Notes: generated from the letters alone by a model not told the origin. A stretch of 64,000 nucleotides of DNA from Sphingomonadales bacterium (GCA_016707885.1 JADJGU010000006.1:43417-107416), one strand, 5' to 3'; positions 10,004 to 20,541 are shown, numbered from the stretch's first letter. Numbers and translations: made by a program.

Positions 10004-10465
10004 TCATTTGAGCGGCGGCAACTCCCCCAAAATATGCCCCGGCATCGCCCGGTCCCAACCTTCTCGTGCAGCGATGATCAGCGCCTTCAACCGCTCGGCC
10101 TGCCGCCGCCATGCGGCGTCGGCCTCCGCGCTCCACGCTGCGCCCGCCGCATCACCGATGCAGTCAATGGTCAGGTCGATCCAGCTTTCATATTCCGCCC
10201 AAGGCAACCGGCCATAGCTGCGATGGGTGAAGGCGAGTTCGGCGACGAGGGGCCAGACCCAATTCTCCTCCCCCTTCGCCAGCCCCAGCATCATTTCCAA
10301 CGTCTCGTCGGTCATCCGGCGTGAGGAGGCATCGGTGTTGATGAAGGTCGCGCGCCGTTCGGGCCATGCCGCGAACCAGCGCGCGAACAGCGGGTGGCGC
10401 AGCTCGACACCCGCATCGGCAACCGCGATCAGGCTCGCCTCCATCAGCTCTGCGTCGCTTGGCAT
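10004..10465 (-). CDS. hypothetical protein, possibly globin-fold-like
   Basis: 153-aa ORF with host-like codon bias. LFARWFAAWPERRATF ... THRSYG ... YESWIDLTIDCI loosely resembles bacterial globin helices. The function is not established. Confidence 0.45.
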   Translation of the reverse strand: MPSDAELMEASLIAVADAGVELRHPLFARWFAAWPERRATFINTDASSRRMTDETLEMMLGLAKGEENWVWPLVAELAFTHRSYGRLPWAEYESWIDLTIDCIGDAAGAAWSAEADAAWRRQAERLKALIIAAREGWDRAMPGHILGELPPLK

Positions 10466-10658
10466 TGCCCCTCCCCCCGATGCGGTTTACCCACCTCACC
10501 GCCTGTTAAGCATTCAAACTACCCATTTACAACGGAAAGCGCCCCGCATTCGCCGCCGTCGGCCGTTTCTGGTTAGCCATGAAGATTGATGAATTTTACA
10601 AGAAGAGAGACGCTACCGCAGAATCCGGCACCCGTGTCGATTGGAGTTCGGTCGCAAT

Positions 10659-11318
10659 ATGGAATTTGACAGCGGTTCAGGGTTCAAAAACAGCTTTGCG
10701 GCGGAGTCTGACGACTTCGTCCATATGCCTGCGCCGGACAGGCGCGATGAAGAACGGCATCTGTCGGTTAGGCTGACTGCAAAGATTATCGCTGCCGGGC
10801 GCGAGCTGCCATGCCGCGTGCACAATATTTCGTCGGGCGGCGCAAATATCGAAACCCTGGCAAAATTGACGACCGAAGACCGGATACGGATCGAATTCCG
10901 CTCCAACCTCTCGCTCGCCGGGAAAGTGGTTTGGCAGAACGGCACATTGGCGGGCATCGAATTCACCGAACCAGCCGATGTCGATGCGGTGCTGAAAAAG
11001 TCCGGCATCTCGATCGCGCGGATCAAGCCGCGCTTGCCGCGCTATGGCTGCAAGGTGCCCGCCAAGCTGGTCACCGAGCAACAGACCATTGAATGCGAAG
11101 CGATCGATATCTCGACCAACGGCGTCAGGCTGAGCAAAATCAAGCAGCTGAAACCCGGTGAGAGCTATACGCTCGTTATTGCCGGTCTTTCGCGACGAAA
11201 GGTTTCGATGATCTGGAGCCGCGACAAGCAAGCGGGGATAAAATTCCTCAATCCCCTGCGCTTCGACGAGTTCGAAAACTGGATTGCGTGGAACCAGGGC
11301 GAGATGGTGCCGCAATAG
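10659..11318 (+). CDS. tandem PilZ-domain protein (putative c-di-GMP receptor)
   Basis: Domain 1 has RRDEER ... NISSGGA, matching the RxxxR / [DN]xSxxG signature. Domain 2 has RLPRY ... DISTNG. An upstream TTG at 10641 is an alternative start. Confidence 0.75.
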   Translation: MEFDSGSGFKNSFAAESDDFVHMPAPDRRDEERHLSVRLTAKIIAAGRELPCRVHNISSGGANIETLAKLTTEDRIRIEFRSNLSLAGKVVWQNGTLAGIEFTEPADVDAVLKKSGISIARIKPRLPRYGCKVPAKLVTEQQTIECEAIDISTNGVRLSKIKQLKPGESYTLVIAGLSRRKVSMIWSRDKQAGIKFLNPLRFDEFENWIAWNQGEMVPQ

Positions 11319-11581
11319 CAGGTTGTGGATGGCGCATCATCGAGTCGCGGCGGTGCGTTGCAACTTATGTTAAGTCCTTCCCGTCCCACGACAGACTTGG
11401 CCGGAAATGTCGAGAATGTTTTTCTCAACTGATTTGCTAGAGTTTCTGCGGGCTTCAGCAAGTCCGTCCATCGCATAAGCTCAGCCCCGCACAAGGCAGC
11501 CTCAACAAAGGCTTGCAATCGGCAATGTAATAACATCTCATCGAGACGGCGGTGCGTTGCCGCTGTCTTGGGAGAGAAATC

Positions 11582-12520
11582 ATGAAACGCCATGTGTTCG
11601 TCCTCGCTACCCCGTTAATTGCCACCACGATACTCCTCGCCGCATGTTCCGAAGACCGGAGCGCGGGTTCGGGCCAAACCCAGAGCATGGATGTGCGCGA
11701 GGAAGCGCCGATGGTCGAAATGGCCGCCGGTGAGCCTATGTCCGCCGATGCCGTCGCTGGCCCCAATGTGCGCGTCAGTGCGGCGCCGGGGGTGGCGTTC
11801 AACTATCGCTACGCCTTCCGCGTACCCGACGCAAAGATCGCCGCGGTGCAGGAGGAGCATGCCGCCGCGTGCGAAACCTTGGGCCTGTCGCGCTGCCGCA
11901 TCACCGGCATGCGCTATTCGCTGATCGACGAGGATGAAGTCACGGCGTCGCTCGCCTTCAAACTCGACCCTTCCATCGCGCGCAAATTTGGCAAGGATGC
12001 GATTGCTTCGGTCGAAAAGGCCAAGGGGATATTGGTCGACAGCCAGATCCAGGGCGTCGAAGTCGGCAGCGGGATTAGCGCATCGCAACGCCGCAGTTCA
12101 GACCTGCAGGCCGAGCTAACCCGCATCGAGGCGCGGCTGAAAGCAGGCGGCATGGGCGACCGTGAGCGCACAGAATTGCAGGAACAGGCACGACGTCTGC
12201 GCGAACAGCTGGACGGCGAACGCGATACGCGGCGGTCTGGCGAGGAGCAGCTTGCGACCACGCCGATGGAATTCAGTTACTCTGGCGGCGAAGGCATTCC
12301 CGGCTTTGGCAGCGGCAACCCCTTTGCCGGGGCATGGGAAACCGCGATCGCCAGCTTTGTGACGATGGCAAGCTTTCTGCTGTTGCTGATCGGTGGTGGC
12401 CTGCCCTGGGTGCTGCTCGGCGCGCTGGTGCTGTGGCTGTTGCGCAGCCCCTTGGGCGCTGGCCTGCGCCGCTGGTGGGGGAAGAATACGCCGCTGAACG
12501 ATGCGGTGGTGAAGGAATGA
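11582..12520 (+). CDS. DUF4349-like lipoprotein
   Basis: Lipobox LLAAC after a signal peptide, a central coiled-coil region (LQAELTRIEARL...), and C-terminal TM helices. Confidence 0.65.
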   Translation: MKRHVFVLATPLIATTILLAACSEDRSAGSGQTQSMDVREEAPMVEMAAGEPMSADAVAGPNVRVSAAPGVAFNYRYAFRVPDAKIAAVQEEHAAACETLGLSRCRITGMRYSLIDEDEVTASLAFKLDPSIARKFGKDAIASVEKAKGILVDSQIQGVEVGSGISASQRRSSDLQAELTRIEARLKAGGMGDRERTELQEQARRLREQLDGERDTRRSGEEQLATTPMEFSYSGGEGIPGFGSGNPFAGAWETAIASFVTMASFLLLLIGGGLPWVLLGALVLWLLRSPLGAGLRRWWGKNTPLNDAVVKE

Positions 12521-12530
12521 GTAGGTGAAA

Positions 12531-12554
12531 GCCCCTCCCCTTTAGAGGAGGGGC
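12531..12554. terminator. GC-rich hairpin between convergent genes
   Basis: GCCCCTCC-N8-GGAGGGGC, an 8-bp perfect stem in the 41-nt gap between two convergent stop codons. There is no strong U-tract. Confidence 0.4.
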
Positions 12555-12561
12555 AAAACCT

Positions 12562-14304
12562 TCAAAATACCGCCTTGGCTTCCTTTTCCTTCATCATCGC
12601 CGCGCGCACCATCGGGATGGGCGGGCCGCCGTAAGAGAGGAATTCGTCGTGGAACGCCTTCCACTTCTTGCGGTCGCCCTTTGTCCAATCGTCGCGCAGC
12701 TTGCGGATCATCAGCTTGCCCATCGTGTAATTGAGATAGGCGGGATCATAAGTGCCGCGCGCCGCCTGTTGCTTGCTGTTCCCGGCATCCTGATAACATT
12801 CGGTCTTGAACAACTGTTCGGACTGCGCAACCGTCATCCCCCGCGCGTGCAGGCCGATAGCCGACAGATAACGGCAGTTGCGCAGCAATGCGTTCGATAG
12901 CTGGCCGACCTTCATCTCGGCGGCTTCTGCTGGCGAAGCGGTGGTGTCGCCCAGCCCGGCATCCATCATCATTTCTTCGGTATAATGCGCCCAGCCTTCG
13001 GCAAAGGCATAGCCGACGAACAGCTTGCCAAAGATCGACTTGGAGCGGTTCGAATGGAGGAAGTTGAGGAAGTGCCCCGGCCAGACCTCATGCACCGAGG
13101 TGCCGAGCAGGTCATATTTGCCCGGAACGAACCCGTCCTGTGTCGCCTTGTCCCAGCTCGGATCCGGCGGCGAGATATAATAGACCGACGGCAGGCCTTT
13201 CTCATACGGCCCGGGAATGTCGATATAGGCGCTGTTCTGCCGGTTATAGGGTGGCGATTCCTCGACCTTGGCCTCTTCGGTGCCGGGGATCGAGACGATA
13301 TCCTTATCGATCAGGAATTTGCGGAGCGGCGGCAACTGGCGACGCGCTTCGGCAACGGGGCCGTCGGGTGCCTTGTTCATGCCCATCTTGGTCATGCAAT
13401 CCTGCATTGAGGCACCCGGCGCATAGATGCCGCAAGCCTTGGCAAGCGCATCCTGATTGGCCTTCAGGTCGGCTCGACCGATGGCTTCCAGTTCATCAAG
13501 CGAAACATTCACGCCTTCGGTCTTCAGCACCATCTTCGCGAACTTGTCCGCACCCAGCGCATAGCCGCCATCACTTCCCGGCTGCGAGCCGACATAGCCT
13601 GCCAGATCCTTCATCGCCGCCGCTGCCTTAGTGACTGCTTCGTCAAACTGCTTTTGCAGCTCGGCATCCTTCACCTCGGCGAAGGCCTTTTTGGCATCAC
13701 CGGTGTAATAATCGGCGAAGCCACCAAAACCGGCCGTGCCGATTTTCACATAGGTGGCGGGCAAAGGCAGCTTCAGGTTCGCCTTGATTTGCTCCGCCGC
13801 CTTGGGAACGTTGTTCGCATATGTGATGAACGCCTTCATCCGCGTCTCGGCATCGGCATAGGGCCGCGCGATATAAACATTGGGGTCGAGCACGCCAACA
13901 TAGGCTGACGGATTTTTGTGCAGCATATCGGCGTCTTCGAAGAAGAAGAGTTCACCCTCCATCGCATGCACCAGATAGTCGCGCTCAAATTTCTGCGCGT
14001 CGCTGAGTTTCGAGGTGTCGATCGCCTTTGCGTCGGCAATGGCTTTCTTGCGATAGTCGATTGCTGCCTTGATGCCCTCAGGTGACCAATCAGGAAGCTG
14101 CCCGTCAAATTCATGTTTGCCCTGATAGACGGCAAAGGTCGGGTTGACCTTGAAATAGCCCTCAAGAAATGTCTCGACAAAGCCGCCCCATTCGCTGCCA
14201 TCATTGGCGGTGACGGCTGCGTTGTCGCCATCGACCTTTTTGCAGCCACCGGTCAACACCAATGCGGCCAGCGATACGGCCAAGGCCGCCTGTTTCAATC
14301 TCAT
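12562..14304 (-). CDS. DUF885-family lipoprotein (putative metallopeptidase-like)
   Basis: Signal peptide with LTGGC lipobox and the HEVWPGHFLNF motif characteristic of DUF885. Start placed at the ATG at 14304. Confidence 0.75.
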   Translation of the reverse strand: MRLKQAALAVSLAALVLTGGCKKVDGDNAAVTANDGSEWGGFVETFLEGYFKVNPTFAVYQGKHEFDGQLPDWSPEGIKAAIDYRKKAIADAKAIDTSKLSDAQKFERDYLVHAMEGELFFFEDADMLHKNPSAYVGVLDPNVYIARPYADAETRMKAFITYANNVPKAAEQIKANLKLPLPATYVKIGTAGFGGFADYYTGDAKKAFAEVKDAELQKQFDEAVTKAAAAMKDLAGYVGSQPGSDGGYALGADKFAKMVLKTEGVNVSLDELEAIGRADLKANQDALAKACGIYAPGASMQDCMTKMGMNKAPDGPVAEARRQLPPLRKFLIDKDIVSIPGTEEAKVEESPPYNRQNSAYIDIPGPYEKGLPSVYYISPPDPSWDKATQDGFVPGKYDLLGTSVHEVWPGHFLNFLHSNRSKSIFGKLFVGYAFAEGWAHYTEEMMMDAGLGDTTASPAEAAEMKVGQLSNALLRNCRYLSAIGLHARGMTVAQSEQLFKTECYQDAGNSKQQAARGTYDPAYLNYTMGKLMIRKLRDDWTKGDRKKWKAFHDEFLSYGGPPIPMVRAAMMKEKEAKAVF

Positions 14305-14474
14305 GCTGTAACTCCCCGAATGCAAATGATGGGAGCGATGCTGCACCCGTTTTCGGCCCAGTTCCAGCGGGAATTCGATGAGCGACGCGGATTGGCATGC
14401 AAAGCGCATCTTTATCAATAAAAAGCACAGCGCAATTGCCAAGCACAACCCGAGCCGATAGGCGACGCAAGAGC

Positions 14475-15803
14475 ATGTCGTCCGCCCCGCACCCTTTCAG
14501 CATACCCGACTATCGCCGATACTGGCTGGCGCGTTTCATGGCGGTGATCGCCACCATGTCGATGGTCGTGGTCATTGCCTGGCAGGTCTATGATGTGGCG
14601 CGCACCGATTATGGCATGTCGCCAAAGGCAGCCGCTTTCCAGCTTGGCTTGCTCGGGCTGTTCCAGTTCATCCCGCTCGCGTTGTTGACGCCCGTTGCGG
14701 GCTGGGCGGCGGACCGTTTCGAACGGCGACGTGTCGCGATTTTCGCCAACATGGTCGATGCAGGGGTCGCGCTCGGCCTGGGCATTTTGACCTATCATGA
14801 TGCGCTGACTTTGCCTTTGCTATTTTTGCTCGCGGCGTTCCACGGCGTCGCGCGTGTTTTTGTCGGCCCGTCAATGGCGGCGATTGCACCGAACATCGTT
14901 CCACCGGAATCGTTGCCTCGCGCCATCGCTTTGGGTTCTATCGCCTGGCAAAGCGCATCGGTGATCGGCCCTGCGGTCGGCGGCTTGATGTATGCTCAAA
15001 ACGCAGCGGGTTCTTACTGGATGACGGTGGTGTTGCTCATCCTGTCGAGCATTTCTATCGCGACTGTTCGACCGGTTTTCCCGCCACCAATGACCGAGAA
15101 AAAGCATCCGGTGCGGATGATGGTTGAAGGGATGAAATATACTTTCTCCGAACGGTTTCTGTTGGGGGCAATCACGCTCGATCTGTTTGCCGTGCTATTG
15201 GCGGGCGCGACTGCTCTGCTGCCAGTATATGCGCGCGATATATTGCATGTGGGGCCCGACGGTTTAGGCCAGCTTCGCGCCGCTCCCGCCTTTGGTGCCG
15301 CGATAGTCGCGATTTACCTCTCGTTCCGACCATTGAAGCATAATGTCGGTGCCAAGATGCTTTGGGCGGTGGTGGTGTTCGGCATTGCAACCATCGGCTT
15401 TGGCTATTCGCATATCATCGGTGAATATCTGTTCGGTGATGCCAAGATAGATTGGCTCGACATGGGTGCGTCCATGGCGGTCGCACTTTCGATGCTTGCC
15501 ATATTGGGGGCAGCCGACATGCTCTCGGTCTATGTGCGCGGCTCACTGGTTCAACTCAACACACCCGACGCCATGCGCGGGCGGGTGAGTTCGGTGTCGG
15601 GGCTCGCCATTTCGGCCTCGAACGAGTTGGGCGAACTGCAATCGGGCTTTGCCGCGGCATTGCTCGGTCCAGTCGGAGCAGTTGTATTCGGTGGCGCCGG
15701 GGCTATTGTTATCACAGGAATCTGGGCAAAGCTGTTCCCCGAACTGAAAAACGCCCGGACATTCGAGCCGCAATTTCGTGAAGTAAAGGAGCCGAAACCA
15801 TGA
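14475..15803 (+). CDS. MFS transporter (EntS/MFS_3-like)
   Basis: About 12 TM helices. The N-terminus [17 protein letters not shown] is typical of this MFS subgroup. Confidence 0.8.
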   Translation: MSSAPHPFSIPDYRRYWLARFMAVIATMSMVVVIAWQVYDVARTDYGMSPKAAAFQLGLLGLFQFIPLALLTPVAGWAADRFERRRVAIFANMVDAGVALGLGILTYHDALTLPLLFLLAAFHGVARVFVGPSMAAIAPNIVPPESLPRAIALGSIAWQSASVIGPAVGGLMYAQNAAGSYWMTVVLLILSSISIATVRPVFPPPMTEKKHPVRMMVEGMKYTFSERFLLGAITLDLFAVLLAGATALLPVYARDILHVGPDGLGQLRAAPAFGAAIVAIYLSFRPLKHNVGAKMLWAVVVFGIATIGFGYSHIIGEYLFGDAKIDWLDMGASMAVALSMLAILGAADMLSVYVRGSLVQLNTPDAMRGRVSSVSGLAISASNELGELQSGFAAALLGPVGAVVFGGAGAIVITGIWAKLFPELKNARTFEPQFREVKEPKP

Positions 15804-16720
15804 AGGCCAATTCCATCCTCGAAACCATCGGCAATAGCGCACATATCCGCCTCCAGCGGATGTTCGGTGACGCCGAAGTCTGGGTAAAGTCGGAACGGTC
15901 GAACCCAGGTGGGTCGATCAAGGACCGTATCGGGCTTGCGATGATCGAGGCTGCCGAAAAGGATGGCAGCCTGAAACCGGGCGGCACCATTATCGAACCA
16001 ACCAGCGGCAACACCGGTGTCGGCCTTGCGATGGTGGCAGCGGTCAAGGGCTATAAGCTGGTGCTCGTGATGCCTGAAAGCATGTCGATTGAACGGCGCC
16101 GCCTGATGCTTGCTTATGGCGCGACCTTCGACCTGACGCCCCGCGACAAAGGCATGAAAGGTGCGATTGAGCGCGCGATCGAACTGGTCGAAAGCACCCC
16201 GAATAGCTGGATGCCACAGCAGTTCGAAAATCCCGCCAATGTCGATGTCCATGTGCGCACGACCGGCCCGGAAATTCTTGCCGATTTCAAGGATAGCCCG
16301 ATTGACGTGCTGATCACAGGCGTGGGAACGGGCGGTCATATCACCGGCTGCGCCAAATTTCTGAAAGAGGCGTGGCCGAACCTGAAGGTTTATGCCGTCG
16401 AACCGACGCTGTCACCCGTGATCAGTGGCGGTCAGCCCGGGCCGCACCCGATACAGGGCATTGGTGCGGGCTTCATCCCCGCCAACCTACACACACAGTT
16501 GATCGATGGTGTGATTCAGGTTGATCCTGAAAATGCCAAGGAAATGGCGCGCCGCGCCGCACGCGAAGAAGGCATGCTGGTTGGTATTTCTTCGGGCGCG
16601 ACGCTCGCCGCGATTGCACAGAAACTGAAGGAACTGCCCGCCGGTACACGGGTGCTTGGTTTCAACTATGATACAGGCGAACGCTATCTTTCGGTTCCCG
16701 ATTTCCTGCCTGTGGAATGA
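15800..16720 (+). CDS. cysK: cysteine synthase A (O-acetylserine sulfhydrylase)
   Basis: [14 protein letters not shown]-lysine motif, [10 protein letters not shown] and [12 protein letters not shown] overlap with the upstream MFS gene. Confidence 0.9.
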   Translation: MKANSILETIGNSAHIRLQRMFGDAEVWVKSERSNPGGSIKDRIGLAMIEAAEKDGSLKPGGTIIEPTSGNTGVGLAMVAAVKGYKLVLVMPESMSIERRRLMLAYGATFDLTPRDKGMKGAIERAIELVESTPNSWMPQQFENPANVDVHVRTTGPEILADFKDSPIDVLITGVGTGGHITGCAKFLKEAWPNLKVYAVEPTLSPVISGGQPGPHPIQGIGAGFIPANLHTQLIDGVIQVDPENAKEMARRAAREEGMLVGISSGATLAAIAQKLKELPAGTRVLGFNYDTGERYLSVPDFLPVE

Positions 16721-16726
16721 TATGTA

Positions 16727-16750
16727 CCGGGGCGGATCGCTCCGCCCCGG
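16727..16750. terminator. perfect 10-bp hairpin between convergent genes
   Basis: CCGGGGCGGA-tcgc-TCCGCCCCGG, immediately after the cysK stop. No U-tract. Confidence 0.4.
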
Positions 16751-16789
16751 CTCCGGCCCGACCTGAAGCGACCCGCGGACCGAAACAGG

Positions 16790-17086
16790 TCAACGTTCGG
16801 CGTCAGGCTTTCCATCGCCGTCATTGTCGAACTGGTCAGGCTTGGCATCGCCGTTGGTGTCCCACGCGTCGGCCTTTCCATCGCCGTCGCGGTCCCAAGC
16901 ATCCAGTTTCCCATCGCCATTGCTGTCGAGCGTAGGCGGTGGGACGGGTGTTTCGGCGCTAGTCGCCGGTTTTACGGGTTTTTCAGGTTCGGCTGCGTGG
17001 ACTGTTCCAAAGGCAAAAGGCAGAATAAGCGCCAGTGCGGCGGCCCATGCGACCGGACTTTGCGACCATTTCCGGGTTATCGACAT
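16790..17086 (-). CDS. small secreted protein with four tandem DxDGDG calcium-binding-type repeats
   Basis: Signal peptide (AAALALILPFAFGTVHA), then DSNGDGKLDAW / DRDGDGKADAW / DTNGDAKPDQF / DNDGDGKPDAE, an 11-residue period. Confidence 0.6.
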   Translation of the reverse strand: MSITRKWSQSPVAWAAALALILPFAFGTVHAAEPEKPVKPATSAETPVPPPTLDSNGDGKLDAWDRDGDGKADAWDTNGDAKPDQFDNDGDGKPDAER

Positions 17087-17228
17087 CGGTTGCTCCTCTT
17101 CTGTACAACCCCCTGTCGAAAGGGACTTTTCTATCTTTGCAGCGCCTATGCCAGCCGCAATCGCCGACTGGTGGCCTCCAAAAGCCTAACCGTCCATCGC
17201 ACTCGGCCGGTCGTGCATTGAATGCAGA

Positions 17229-18740
17229 CTAACGTTTCGTCGCTCTGCGTCGTCCAAGCCTTTTGGCAATCCGCGCGCGACCCTCACGCCAGCGCTTGCG
17301 CAATCCGCGCTGCTGCAACGGTTCAAGAAAGCCGTTGGAATGTTCCGGATCGAGCAATTCATTTTCGGCGATAAGCTTATCGAGCGGCCCCGGTTTTTCG
17401 AGATCGAGCAATTCAAGTGTCTTGCCCTCAGCGCGCAATGCTTCGACTGTGTCGACCAGCGAACCGCTTTTTGCGAATGTTGCCACGACGACTTTTTCAT
17501 CAACGCCCAGATGCTCTGCCAGCAATCGCGTCCGCAGCGCGGCTATCGCCTTTTCGCAGCCCTTGTTGGCAGGCAAGGCGCAGTCGAGCACCATGTCGCA
17601 TTCGCTATCCAGCCCCAGCGAGCGGTTGTTGAGATTGGCCGAGCCGATCCGCAATATTCGGTCGTCGACAATCATCAGCTTGGCATGGACATAGATGTCG
17701 GAACCGCCCTTGGTAACGGGCACATAGATGCGGAAGCGATCGCCCTTGTCGACCTTGCCAATGGCACGCGCCAGTTGCACCCGCGCCGCATCCATGGCTT
17801 TCTGCTCGAGCCAACCTTCCGCCGAACGCGGCATCACCACGACGATATCGGGCGGATTGGCCTCCCCCATGCGCGTTGCGATGGCAGCGGCGATCTTGGC
17901 AGAGGTCAGATATTGGTTTTCGATATAGATGAACTTCTGCGCAGCCGCGATCATATCGAGGTAGAGCGTCTCGATCTCGCGCACCTCCTCTACGTCACCA
18001 TAAGGCGCTCGTGTTCGGGCGATAGCCAGATCGACATTTTCGAAGAGCACTGGGACGTCGTCGGGCCATTGCGGTTCGATTGGCTGTACGGGCGGCAACG
18101 GCTTCCCCCCCGCAATAGCCCAGCGATCCCGTGCTAAATCACCCAGCGCAGCCGCAACATCACCGTCCATCAGCATCGTGGTATCATGCCAGGGCGCTTG
18201 CGGCTTGCCATTTGGTAATAGGCGTTTGGGATCATCGTCCAGATGCTCCGTAGTGTCCCAACGCCCCGATGCCAGATCGATACCACCACAGACGGCCAGG
18301 CAATCATCGACAATGACAATTTTCTGGTGATGGCTGCACCCTGCAGGGTGCGCGCCATCAAATTTGAACTCGATCGCCCGCGTTGCCGCCCATCGGGCGA
18401 GCGTCCATGCGCTGGTCGGGTTCAGGAATTGCTTGAGCGCCCCGAACCGCCATTTGAGGATCGCGATGCGGCGGCGTGGGTTGCGGCGCGCCAGCCGCAG
18501 GAAAAAGCCCGAAAGGCGTGCGCGCCTGCTCCGGTCACCGGGCTCAAGCGAAATGCGGGAATCAAAATCCCAGCCGATGAACAGTAACAGGTTCTGCGCG
18601 TCCTCGCACAGTTCGCGGACATAGTGGAAATAGTCGGCGGCATCGACCACCACCGAAACACGGTTTGCGCGAGCAATCCGCCAACAATTGCGTCCCTCTT
18701 CAACGACAGGCACAATATCGGCGGATGGCTTTGCTGCCAT
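17229..18740 (-). CDS. phospholipase D-family protein (two HKD motifs)
   Basis: HHQKIVIVDD and VHAKLMIVDDRILRIGSANLNNRS give two HxK(x)4D motifs. Arg-rich C-terminal tail. Confidence 0.85.
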   Translation of the reverse strand: MAAKPSADIVPVVEEGRNCWRIARANRVSVVVDAADYFHYVRELCEDAQNLLLFIGWDFDSRISLEPGDRSRRARLSGFFLRLARRNPRRRIAILKWRFGALKQFLNPTSAWTLARWAATRAIEFKFDGAHPAGCSHHQKIVIVDDCLAVCGGIDLASGRWDTTEHLDDDPKRLLPNGKPQAPWHDTTMLMDGDVAAALGDLARDRWAIAGGKPLPPVQPIEPQWPDDVPVLFENVDLAIARTRAPYGDVEEVREIETLYLDMIAAAQKFIYIENQYLTSAKIAAAIATRMGEANPPDIVVVMPRSAEGWLEQKAMDAARVQLARAIGKVDKGDRFRIYVPVTKGGSDIYVHAKLMIVDDRILRIGSANLNNRSLGLDSECDMVLDCALPANKGCEKAIAALRTRLLAEHLGVDEKVVVATFAKSGSLVDTVEALRAEGKTLELLDLEKPGPLDKLIAENELLDPEHSNGFLEPLQQRGLRKRWREGRARIAKRLGRRRATKR

Positions 18741-18741
18741 A

Positions 18742-20541
18742 TCAGGCTACCGCAAACATCTCCGGCTCAAGTGCCATGATCGCTTCGCTTCCTGCCTCGA
18801 TCTTGCGGCGCAGCGCACCGCAGTCGGGGATGAAACGCTCGGCAAAATAGCGTGCGGTCACCAGCTTGGTTTCATAGAATTTTGCATTGCCCGTTCCGGC
18901 GTCAAGTGCGGCCTGGGCAGCAGTCGCCATGCGCAACCATTGCAGGCCCAGTGCGACGATGCCCATGATGTGCATATAATGATGCGCACCGGCACCGACA
19001 TTGTTCGGGTTGGCCATGCCATTCTGCATGAACCACATCGTCGCTGCCTTAAGTTCGCCATTGGCCTTTTCGAGGCGGGCTGCGAAATCTTCCAGCTTGC
19101 TGCCCTTGGCAGCGGCGCATTCATCATCGACCAGCTTGAAAAATGCCTGCACTGCACGCCCGCCATTCTGGGCCAGCTTGCGACCGACCAGATCCATCGC
19201 CTGCACGCCATTGGCGCCTTCGTAGATCATCGTGATGCGGGCATCGCGGACATATTGTTCCATGCCCCATTCACCGACATAGCCATGGCCGCCATAGACC
19301 TGCTGTGCATTGGTCGCGACTTCATAGCCCTTATCGGTGCCATAGCCTTTGATAACGGGGGTCAACAGCGAGAGCAGGTCGTCCGCAACCGTGCGTTCTT
19401 CCTCGGTCTGGCCATTGTGGATGATGTCGGCGAGTAGCGCACCGTTGAGGCACAAAGCGCGCATCCCTTCGGTGAACGCCTTCGAATCCATCAGCATCCG
19501 GCGGATGTCGGGGTGGACGAACAGCGTGTCGGCTTTCTCGTTCAGATCCTGCGGCCCGGTCAGCGCTCGGCCCTGACGGCGATCATGCGCATATTGCACC
19601 GCATTCTGGTAGGCGACTTCTGCGACACCCAAGCCCTGCTGGCCTACCCCCAGACGCGCAATATTCATCATGATAAACATCGCAGCGAGGCCTTTATTCT
19701 CCTCACCCACCAGATAGCCGGTCGCGCCATCATAGTTCATAACGCAGGTCGCGTTGCCATGAATGCCCATCTTGTGTTCGAGCGAGCCACAGCCCAGCGG
19801 ATTGCGCGCGCCCAGCGAGCCATCTTCGTTGACGAGGAATTTGGGCACGATGAAAAGCGATATGCCCTTCACATTGTCAGGAGCATCAGGAGTCTTCGCG
19901 AGCACCAGATGGATGATATTTTCTGCCAGGTCATGGTCGCCCGACGAAATGAATATCTTGGTGCCTGTGATTGCATAGCTGCCATCGCCATTGGGCACCG
20001 CCTTGGTGCGGATCAGGCCCAGATCGGTGCCGCAATGCGGCTCGGTCAGGTTCATTGTGCCCGTCCATTTGCCGCTGATCATGTTGGGCGCATAGATCGC
20101 CTTCAACTCGTCGCTGCCCTTGACGAGGATTGCCGAAACTGCGCCATGGGTCAGCCCGGGATACATGGCAAAGGCCATGTTCGAGCTTGCCATATATTCT
20201 TCGAATGCCATTGACAGGATATGCGGCATCCCCTGCCCGCCATATTCAACCGGCGCCGAAAGCGTTCCCCAACCGGCTTCGCAATAGGCCTTATAGGCTT
20301 CCTTGAAGCCGTCGGGTGTCGTCACCGAACCATCGGCATGGCGGGTGCAGCCTTGCTTGTCGCCAACCCCGTTTAGTGGAAACAGCTCATTCTCGACGAA
20401 CTTCGCACCCTCGGTCAAAATTGCTTCGACCATATCGGCGCTGGCATTTTCAAAACCCGGCATATTGGCATATTTCTCGATACCGAGCACTTCGTTGAGA
20501 ATGAAAAGCGTGTCGCGCAACGGCGCTTTATATTGCGGCAT
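18742..20541 (-). CDS. long-form acyl-CoA dehydrogenase (about 600 aa)
   Basis: MPQYKAPLRDTLFILNEVLG N-terminus, ACAD core (TEPHCGTDLG, YEGANGVQAMDLVGRK), and an extra C-terminal domain. Confidence 0.9.
   Translation of the reverse strand: MPQYKAPLRDTLFILNEVLGIEKYANMPGFENASADMVEAILTEGAKFVENELFPLNGVGDKQGCTRHADGSVTTPDGFKEAYKAYCEAGWGTLSAPVEYGGQGMPHILSMAFEEYMASSNMAFAMYPGLTHGAVSAILVKGSDELKAIYAPNMISGKWTGTMNLTEPHCGTDLGLIRTKAVPNGDGSYAITGTKIFISSGDHDLAENIIHLVLAKTPDAPDNVKGISLFIVPKFLVNEDGSLGARNPLGCGSLEHKMGIHGNATCVMNYDGATGYLVGEENKGLAAMFIMMNIARLGVGQQGLGVAEVAYQNAVQYAHDRRQGRALTGPQDLNEKADTLFVHPDIRRMLMDSKAFTEGMRALCLNGALLADIIHNGQTEEERTVADDLLSLLTPVIKGYGTDKGYEVATNAQQVYGGHGYVGEWGMEQYVRDARITMIYEGANGVQAMDLVGRKLAQNGGRAVQAFFKLVDDECAAAKGSKLEDFAARLEKANGELKAATMWFMQNGMANPNNVGAGAHHYMHIMGIVALGLQWLRMATAAQAALDAGTGNAKFYETKLVTARYFAERFIPDCGALRRKIEAGSEAIMALEPEMFAVA

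Noticed and set aside
10677-11315. 212-aa ORF antisense to the PilZ gene
   Set aside because: The plus-strand frame shows two PilZ signatures, and the minus-strand frame shows nothing recognisable.
11165-11593. 142-aa minus-strand ORF covering the PilZ-DUF4349 intergenic region
   Set aside because: It covers both copies of the 22-nt direct repeat and overlaps the ends of two better-supported genes. It is probably non-coding.
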